Of a stretch of DNA of 64,000 bases, positions 61,148 through 64,000 are shown piece by piece. The notes under the pieces were generated by a model. The model was not told where the DNA came from, made no database searches, and was given only the letters and a program-made list of their open reading frames with translations. The stretch's first letter is position 1; every line of letters starts with the position of its first letter. The translations under genes and the position numbers were made by a program. Origin of the DNA: Eledone cirrhosa. Lineage: Eukaryota. Location of the stretch: assembly GCA_964016885.1 (NCBI GenBank), contig OZ024759.1, positions 35,650,001 to 35,714,000 on the forward strand. Reading direction: 5' to 3'.

Positions 61148-63772
61148 TATGTAATAAACAACATAAGACAATTATTCCATTTACCAAAGTTTTCACGAAG
61201 ACAGACGAGCTCGACACAGACGTCTGAAATCGTTCATCAGAATGAAATTTTATTACATCCACTTCAAATAAAATTTCATTCTGATGAGCGATTTCAGACG
61301 TCTTTGTCGAGCTCGTCTGTCTTTGTGAAACCTTTGGTAAATGGAATAATTGTCTTATGTTGCTTATTACATAAAAAAAATATATATATATATACACAGC
61401 TTCTATTGCAGTACTCTACAGACATGTGTACTCTTAATAGAATTCTCAGAGAGATTCATGTATGACAGTATGTGACACAGCTGGCCCTTTCAATTGCAGG
61501 TACAGACTATGTAAAGGTCATATATTTTAACCCTTTACCTTTTACATTACTCTATATATACTATTGTATTGTATTTTCACAGTAAAGGCTTTACCTCACA
61601 TAATATCTTACATAACATTGAATCTATGATATTTTGATATTTATTTTAAGAACAATACCTTAACATAAGTATAAGTGGCCAGTTACAGGCAGTTTGAACA
61701 GAAAGAGGTGAGAGAGTTCTGGCCGGATATGGCCAGTTTAAATGGGTAGAATTAAAGGGGTAGAATTCCTATGTTTTTAGTTAAATCTTTTGACTTACTC
61801 GTCTGTCCTCATGGTAAGATTGTTGTAAGAGGCGTTCTCTCTCATCAGTTCTTCGCAAAAGTTTCTTCCATCGTAACCTTATCCCGACCAGCAGGTTTTT
61901 GATGTAAATAGTGTCTTGTTTACGACCAAAGTATTTCAGATATGTTCCAGTACGATCTAACTTCTGCATCCATTCTGTGTATGACTGAACATCTTTCTTG
62001 AAGTCCTGGAAATGGAAGAATATTTTAGGATCTTTTTCATTAGAAATATGGTAATGAAAGGGTTAATGACATAGACAGTGTCTTTCATTAGAAATATGGT
62101 AATGAAAGGGTTAATGACATAGACAGTGTCTTTCATTAGAAATATGGTAATGAAAGGGTTAATGACATAGACAGTGTCTTTCATTAGAAATATGGTAATG
62201 AAAGGGTTAATGACATAGACAGTGTCTTTCATTAGAAATATGGTAATGAAAGGGTTACTTACAGCATGTTCCTTAATCTGTTCACAGACTTTCTCTACTA
62301 TTTTACTGGGGAACTTAAATCCTCGTATCAAGGTTTCAGCAGAATTTAACCAATCTGTGAATTTCTTTAAGGTTGTGTGGAATTCTTCAACGTGCACCAA
62401 ATGTTCTTTCATTTTGTCCTGGAATGGAATAAAGATGGCATCACAACAGTGAGGACAGTGTGGGTAGAGAGGACAATGATGGCCTGCACTACTAAAAAAA
62501 TTAAGGCAATTATGAAATTAGGTGTGCCATTCAGAAAGCCAAACGGGCCTCATGGAGCGCGCAGGCCAGTTTGCCCATGACTGACCTCAGCCTTGCACCT
62601 TCATGTATGTATGTGTGTGTGTGTGTGTGACACCGATGCAGGTTTAGCTGGCCTCTTCCAAGGTATATCTCGTTGGAGGTGTCTTGGGTGATTTAATGGT
62701 AGGGATCCCAGTCCTATCATCTCATTTCTACAGCTGAGTAAACTGGAGCAACATGAAATAAAGTGTCTTGCTCAAGGAAACAACACATCACCCGGTTCGA
62801 GAATTGAATTCACAACCTTTCGATTGCAAGCCCAATGCTCTAACCACTAAGCCTTCACACCTTCATGTATATTATAAGATATCTCTCTAAAATACTTACC
62901 CTCCGTCTAAGAGTTCTGTTCTTCGTTTCATACCACCTTTCTCGTAACTTCTTAAGTTTTTCACTCAACTGGAAGATGTTTTCTGGTTGACACCGGTCCA
63001 TCATGTCCTGACCATTTATTTGCAAAGACTTCACAAAATCTTCCTTTATTTCTAGTTCTTCGCATCGTTTCTAATAAAATTAATGAAAAACAAAATGATA
63101 TATGCAAAAAAAAAAAAACATCCACTCTTACCATTCTTTTCCACATGAAACCACATTAGCAAGATATTCTTGAAAAGTAAAATACACCTTTGTGATTGCA
63201 TCACATTAAATATTAAAGTCTTTACTCTAATACTGCAAATTTTTACAACAATCTCTCCATTAGTAAAGTTATTATAAACATTTAAATTAACAAAGCACAT
63301 GAAACCACATTAGCAAGATATTCTTGAAGAGTATAAAACAACACTATGACTGCATCATTTAAAAAATTAAAGTCTTTACTTTAACACTTTAGCATTTACA
63401 TTACACTATATATACTATTGTGCTTTTGCGATGAAGGCTTTCTCTCACATAATATTGAATCTATGAGAATTTGATATTTATTTTGAGAACAATACCTTAA
63501 CATCAGTACGAGTGGCCAGTTACAGCCAGTTTAAACAGAAAGAGGTGAGGGAATTTTGGCCGAATATGGCCAGTTTAAATGCTAAAGGATTAAATATAAT
63601 TTGATTTTATAAATTGTACATATAATTTGAAAAGTAAACTTACCATGAAATTTTCCAGTTGAACTCGTGCTGTTTCAGGAAGGGCACCGAACGGAGGCTG
63701 GGATTTTAATTCCATGCGAAGGTCGGTGATCCAGTGAAGCATATCGTCAACGTCACCAGAGAATTTCTTCAC
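11992..63772 (-). CDS. MACF1: Spectraplakin (MACF1/dystonin/short stop orthologue), 3' part: 20 spliced exons, 1030 aa; gene continues beyond the right edge
   Basis: Manual splicing: all introns GT-AG with matching phases; exon total 3093 nt ending in a stop. Motifs: spectrin repeats ([25 protein letters not shown]), EF-hand ([13 protein letters not shown]), GAR (CQC...VMVRVGGGW...NDPCR). The symbol denotes the family; invertebrates typically have a single orthologue. Confidence 0.93.
12810..13955 (+). repeat. 48-bp minisatellite, ~24 copies (terminus of a TTAA-CCCTTT element)
   Basis: Unit TTAACCCTTTCATTACCATATTTCTAATGAAAGACACTGTCTATGTCA. Confidence 0.97.
14387..16230. repeat. 51-bp minisatellite, ~36 near-identical copies
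   Basis: Unit TGTCTGTCAGTGCCTCTCCCCCACTCTCCTTCAGGCAAACACCTTCTCTAC. Confidence 0.98.
16414..16725. repeat. 50-bp tandem repeat (~6 copies) followed by (TAAAA)n
   Basis: AATATTCTAGAACTATCTGTTGAGTCTAACATGTAGTATTTAGTGTTAC. Confidence 0.9.
17079..17180 (-). CDS. MACF1: Probable tail exon ([34 protein letters not shown])
   Basis: ttttctag|CAG acceptor, G|gtagg donor, 102 nt, phase 1-1, no stop, S/G/R-rich; could be a cassette exon. Confidence 0.7.
22983..23129 (-). CDS. MACF1: Spectraplakin exon after GAR ([21 protein letters not shown]...SSSLT)
   Basis: gcag|CT AAA acceptor, G|gtagt donor, 147 nt, phase 1-1; RTNxELRE motif. Confidence 0.92.
27091..27566. mobile_element. hAT-type MITE with a nested SINE
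   Basis: TIRs CAGAGGTTCTCAAACT / AGTTTGAGAAACTG; perfect 8-bp TSD TTCTAACT at 27083-27090 and 27567-27574. Confidence 0.88.
27810..27927 (-). CDS. MACF1: Spectraplakin exon, GAR domain C-half ([39 protein letters not shown])
   Basis: ttag|TTT acceptor, G|gtatg donor, 118 nt, phase 0-1; GAS2 signature. Confidence 0.96.
28362..32876 (+). mobile_element. Near full-length RTE-clade LINE, antisense in the GAR intron
   Basis: Duplicated 5' region, single long ORF, 3' UTR ending in a (GAT)n tail, inserted at a (TA)n tract. Confidence 0.92.
29459..32578 (+). CDS. LINE ORF: AP endonuclease + reverse transcriptase + C4HC3 (PHD-like) finger, 1039 aa, uninterrupted
   Basis: APE motifs [25 protein letters not shown]; RT motifs [30 protein letters not shown]; C-terminal GSETW and RLRWYGHV. 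Confidence 0.96.
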   Translation: MNLRATKHPREAPTQRPSPTSVDKCPKLRVGTINVGSMKGRAGEIVEMLERKEVDVCCVQETRWRGGSARVLVGKSQCYKFFWVGNDDGMGGVGILLADKWVDKVISVYRVNARIIKLRLVLNKTITTIISAYAPQSGLPDELKDRFYESLIHTTALTDDKDFLIIAGDFNGHVGKHCDGFNRVHGGHGVGTRNEEGFRLLEFCDANDMSICNTNFKKPDNHLITYRSGEHSSQLDFILIRGRDRWTVVNTKAFPSEECTSQHSLVVSDLTVRTRRALKQRPTWRRKIWKLKVPSTSNRFKDILLNAYDSKEEQIETFNVEENWEFLKNNLLEATDEVCGWSKTSSRRRVTWWWNNKVDEAVKAKRQAWKEWKNGGSRVHYIETKREARRQVYLARREAEDRKFKHVLQREDQKQEVFKIARQCVRDSCDVIGEKCIRNDKGELALTSAEKKDAWKSHYDRLLNEENAWEEETLPHVDPIEGPAVQVSGSVVSKAIRDMKIGKATGPSGIAAEMLKASGSVGHTITTRIVNQVILEGAIPKDWCSSIIVNCYKGKGDALDRGNYRGIKLMDQVMKVTERVIAQLIRDRVNIDEMQFGFVPGKGTTDALFLVRQLQEKYLAKSKPLYLAFVDLEKAFDRVPRAVIWWALRKLGVDEWLVKAVQAMYRGAVSKVRIGNEYSEEFSVQVGVHQGSVLSPLLFIIVLQAITEEFKTGCPWELLYADDLALIAESMVELENKFQTWKQGLERKGLKVNMTKTKVLISRRENRTQIPSGKWPCSVCRKGVGRNSILCPKCKQWVHKRCSGISGSLIKNVGFTCSSCAETASKQPQETSTTNLWEGPVETVDSFCYLGDRISNGGGCSESTITRVRTGWKKFRELLPLLAAKGFSLRMKGRLYDACIRTAMLHGSETWALKVEDLRRLERNEACMLRWMCNSNIRERQSINELRERLSIRGIKCCVQERRLRWYGHVMRMKDDSCIKRCRALEVDGNRGVGRPKMTWDEVIKADLTQLHLSKSMTHDRDFWRHAVIQGTRPPMGTC
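33016..33235 (+). mobile_element. tRNA-derived CORE-like SINE; other copies near 18377(+), 23783(-), 34720(+), 38270(+), 38779(+), 42022(-), 62630(-)
   Basis: A-box TGGCTGAGTGG, B-box GAGTTTGATTCC, then TCCTTGAGCAAGACACTT core. Confidence 0.8.
33250..33950 (-). mobile_element. Diverged RTE 3'-UTR copy with an internal 48-bp VNTR (~10 units, 33433-33920)
   Basis: catcatc tail, gcccttcctaacaccaacc motif, tandem ACACCTACACRGCCACATTACAGCGTGGACTGTGTGTTTTGTTGTGTC. Confidence 0.75.
34433..34570 (-). CDS. MACF1: Spectraplakin exon, GAR domain N-half ([23 protein letters not shown]...GQYS)
   Basis: acag|AAA acceptor, AGT|gtaag donor, 138 nt; CxC zinc ligands. Confidence 0.94.
35520..35970 (-). mobile_element. 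5'-truncated LINE of a second RTE-type family (RT C-terminus)
   Basis: [15 protein letters not shown]...[12 protein letters not shown]...RPRLTYVD. Confidence 0.88.
35975..36231. repeat. 57-bp tandem repeat x4.5 abutting a LINE fragment
   Basis: ACATTCACTATAGCTATCAATATATACACCCACACAATTATACAC unit; related single copy at 35377-35432. Confidence 0.9.
36256..36368 (-). CDS. MACF1: Spectraplakin exon, EF-hand 2 ([38 protein letters not shown])
   Basis: gcag|AA TTC acceptor, CAT|gtaag donor, 113 nt, phase 1-0. Confidence 0.93.
37014..37176 (-). CDS. MACF1: Spectraplakin exon, EF-hand 1 ([13 protein letters not shown]...[19 protein letters not shown])
   Basis: ttag|CTG acceptor, A|gtaag donor, 163 nt, phase 0-1; canonical DxDxDGx5E loop. 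Confidence 0.95.
37882..38014 (-). CDS. MACF1: Spectraplakin exon, end of last spectrin repeat ([15 protein letters not shown]...[10 protein letters not shown])
   Basis: ttag|T AAT acceptor, GAG|gtgag donor, 133 nt, phase 2-0. Confidence 0.93.
38627..38727 (-). CDS. MACF1: Spectraplakin exon ([18 protein letters not shown]...RHYG)
   Basis: gtag|GAA acceptor, AG|gtaat donor, 101 nt, phase 0-2. Confidence 0.88.
39443..39631 (-). CDS. MACF1: Spectraplakin exon (LMQRS...LLEELLAWL...LLKEHQ)
   Basis: tcag|TTA acceptor, CAG|gtatg donor, 189 nt. Confidence 0.93.
39659..40085 (+). repeat. Same 48-bp minisatellite, ~9 copies
   Basis: Same unit as 12810-13955. Confidence 0.95.
40561..40704 (-). CDS. 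MACF1: Spectraplakin exon (KFQERL...[10 protein letters not shown]...TRWDQ)
   Basis: tcag|AAA acceptor, CAA|gtaag donor, 144 nt; CHP motif typical of this repeat. Confidence 0.93.
41011..41046 (-). ncRNA. Minimal hammerhead-like motif in a Penelope-type fragment (40921-41050)
   Basis: TCTT-CTGATGAA-GGAC TAGC GTCC-GAAACGTT-AAGA; related fragments at 18640-18730 (GAAA mutated) and 28138-28235. Confidence 0.45.
41125..41495 (+). repeat. G-rich 21-bp tandem repeat
   Basis: (GGTAGTGGTGTTGGGATGGGG)n. Confidence 0.92.
41552..41677 (-). CDS. MACF1: Spectraplakin exon (AEEFQDVV...[10 protein letters not shown]...IERHE)
   Basis: acag|GCT acceptor, GAA|gtaag donor, 126 nt. Confidence 0.92.
42266..42427 (-). 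CDS. MACF1: Spectraplakin exon ([10 protein letters not shown]...LWSRIN...RLKEALTL)
   Basis: tcag|TCA acceptor, TTG|gtaaa donor, 162 nt. Confidence 0.92.
42583..42765 (-). mobile_element. MetaSINE-like tRNA SINE; many copies, e.g. 10500-11130, 21715, 27290, 37303, 40245-40550, 41795, 54595, 56350, 58110-58900
   Basis: Shared core GCCTTTCATCCTTACGGGGTCGATAAAATAAAGTACCAG with a B-box upstream. Confidence 0.75.
43347..43506 (-). CDS. MACF1: Spectraplakin exon ([13 protein letters not shown]...LQEWL...LIEQHK)
   Basis: ttag|T CAA acceptor, AAG|gttag donor, 160 nt, phase 2-0. Confidence 0.93.
44379..44668. mobile_element. hAT (Charlie/SPIN-like) MITE
   Basis: TIRs CAGTGATGGGCAACCT / AGGTTACCCATGCCTG; degenerate 8-bp TSD ATCTAAAC / ATTTAAGC. 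Confidence 0.75.
44728..44970. repeat. 50-bp tandem repeat x5
   Basis: ATTTAAATATAACAGTGCCTCTCTTCCTATGTGACCCTAATCATGTAYTT. Confidence 0.92.
45524..46378. repeat. (GGT/TGT)n trinucleotide low-complexity tract
   Basis: Direct inspection. Confidence 0.96.
47986..48375. promoter_or_regulatory. Homotypic cluster of eight ACAGGT/ACCTGT motifs, including four CAGGTG E2-boxes
   Basis: Sites at 47986, 48041, 48055, 48123, 48138, 48145, 48336, 48370 in non-repetitive DNA. Confidence 0.5.
48988..49073 (-). CDS. Candidate alternative first coding exon ([28 protein letters not shown])
   Basis: gttATGG start, 28 codons + AG|gtaac phase-2 donor matching the acceptor at 43506; unique non-repetitive sequence. 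Confidence 0.62.
50283..50932. repeat. 35-bp minisatellite with periodic ~48-bp variant units
   Basis: TAGCCCTGTCTATAGTATATATCTAGCTGTGRTT. Confidence 0.93.
51530..51630. mobile_element. Tc1/mariner-type MITE
   Basis: CAGGGTGTCC...GGACACCCTG termini flanked by (CA)n and (TG)n. Confidence 0.7.
54202..54374 (-). CDS. MACF1: Spectraplakin exon ([25 protein letters not shown]...[14 protein letters not shown])
   Basis: tcag|CTC acceptor, AG|gtaag donor, 173 nt, phase 0-2. Confidence 0.92.
54857..55230. repeat. ~79-81-bp tandem repeat x4.7
   Basis: AGTAAGGCAATAAAGYCACTAAAATATAAGGGGTTACTGAGAAGGGAGAAGGACAAGACAG... Confidence 0.92.
55231..55470 (+). mobile_element. ~230-bp LINE-3'-end element of a third family; other copies at 24070-24290, 26207-26400, 36407-36576, 44995-45225
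   Basis: Encodes [27 protein letters not shown]-type RT tail followed by (GAA)n. Confidence 0.8.
56745..57197. repeat. ~44-bp tandem repeat, ~9 copies
   Basis: CACTCAACATTGAGTGATGGCTTAACTGGAGTGCGACATTGCTG, with an internal CACTCAA/TTGAGTG hairpin. Confidence 0.92.
58178..58387 (+). mobile_element. piggyBac-like MITE (~210 bp); other copies at 34628(+), 36706(-), 39155(-), 42891(+), 43119(-), 61527(-), 63381(-), partial 26633(-)
   Basis: TTAA-CCCTTTAGCATTT...AAATGGTAAAGGG-TTAA termini. Confidence 0.8.
59260..59369 (-). CDS. Weaker candidate alternative first exon
   Basis: AAG|gtata donor; ATG at 59295 gives a phase-0 frame and ATG at 59369 a phase-2 frame. Confidence 0.3.
59645..59960 (+). 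mobile_element. Shorter copy of the same LINE family as 35520-35970
   Basis: [25 protein letters not shown]...[10 protein letters not shown], near-identical DNA. Confidence 0.88.
60681..60818 (-). CDS. MACF1: Spectraplakin exon ([17 protein letters not shown]...EMEELK)
   Basis: ttag|TTT acceptor, AAG|gtaaa donor, 138 nt. Confidence 0.9.
61145..61375. mobile_element. Palindromic Penelope-like element with ~110-bp arms and a 12-nt loop
   Basis: Arms are reverse complements with 5 mismatches; flanked by (TA)n; contains hammerhead cores. Confidence 0.75.
61273..61347 (+). ncRNA. Type I hammerhead ribozyme-like motif
   Basis: ATTTCATT-CTGATGA-G(stem II)T-GAAA-CC TTT GG-TA-AATGGAAT: 8-bp stem I, intact core, GUA cleavage triplet. 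Confidence 0.6.
61799..62005 (-). CDS. MACF1: Spectraplakin exon (DFKKDV...[16 protein letters not shown]...HEDRR)
   Basis: ccag|GAC acceptor, CGA|gtaag donor, 207 nt; characteristic MACF1/DST/Shot segment. Confidence 0.94.
62033..62257 (-). repeat. Same 48-bp minisatellite, ~4.7 copies, filling most of a 257-nt intron
   Basis: Reverse complement of the same unit. Confidence 0.95.
62263..62418 (-). CDS. MACF1: Spectraplakin exon (DKMKEHL...FTDWLNSAE...IKEHA)
   Basis: ccag|GAC acceptor, GCT|gtaag donor, 156 nt. Confidence 0.92.
62900..63070 (-). CDS. MACF1: Spectraplakin exon ([12 protein letters not shown]...[16 protein letters not shown])
   Basis: ttag|AAA acceptor, AGG|gtaag donor, 171 nt open frame, spectrin helix-C Trp. 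Confidence 0.9.
63644..63772 (-). CDS. MACF1: Spectraplakin exon, spectrin repeat ([18 protein letters not shown]...QLENFM)
   Basis: aag|GTG acceptor, ATG|gtaag donor, 129 nt, phase 0-0. Confidence 0.88.
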
Positions 63773-63900
63773 CTTTAAATAGAACAGTGGCATGCATAAT
63801 TAATTAATTAACCCAAGGAGTGGATATCATTAAGAGAATCATATATACATACATATATATATATATGGTCCGTATTTGATACAGCCTTATAGTTACTCCT

Positions 63901-64000
<100 letters not shown>

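Noticed and set aside
61957-62412. ORF reading through the minisatellite intron
   Set aside because: The intron is 257 nt, not a multiple of 3, so retention shifts the frame and stops; the spliced reading is well supported.

Overview
AT-rich, repeat-dense animal genomic DNA, probably a cephalopod (Octopus-like). That is an inference from the SINE/RTE content and the long (TA)n/(CA)n tracts. The window holds the 3' part of one minus-strand spectraplakin gene (MACF1/dystonin/short stop orthologue). I could splice 20 GT-AG exons in consistent phase from 63772 down to the stop at 11992, giving 1030 aa: spectrin repeats, an EF-hand pair, a GAR/GAS2 domain and a T/P-rich tail. The introns contain an intact RTE-clade LINE (APE + RT + PHD-type finger) that splits the GAR domain, plus LINE 3' fragments, tRNA-derived SINEs, piggyBac-, hAT- and Tc1-like MITEs and many 35-81 bp minisatellites. 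Main highlights: (1) an in-phase candidate internal first exon at 48988-49073 that would make a ~734-aa C-terminal-only isoform, next to a dense CAGGT[AG] motif cluster; (2) a ~110-bp-arm palindrome carrying hammerhead-ribozyme cores on both strands; (3) a degenerate second EF-hand and a tail with no SxIP motif; (4) one MITE family sitting just downstream of five splice donors in the same orientation.
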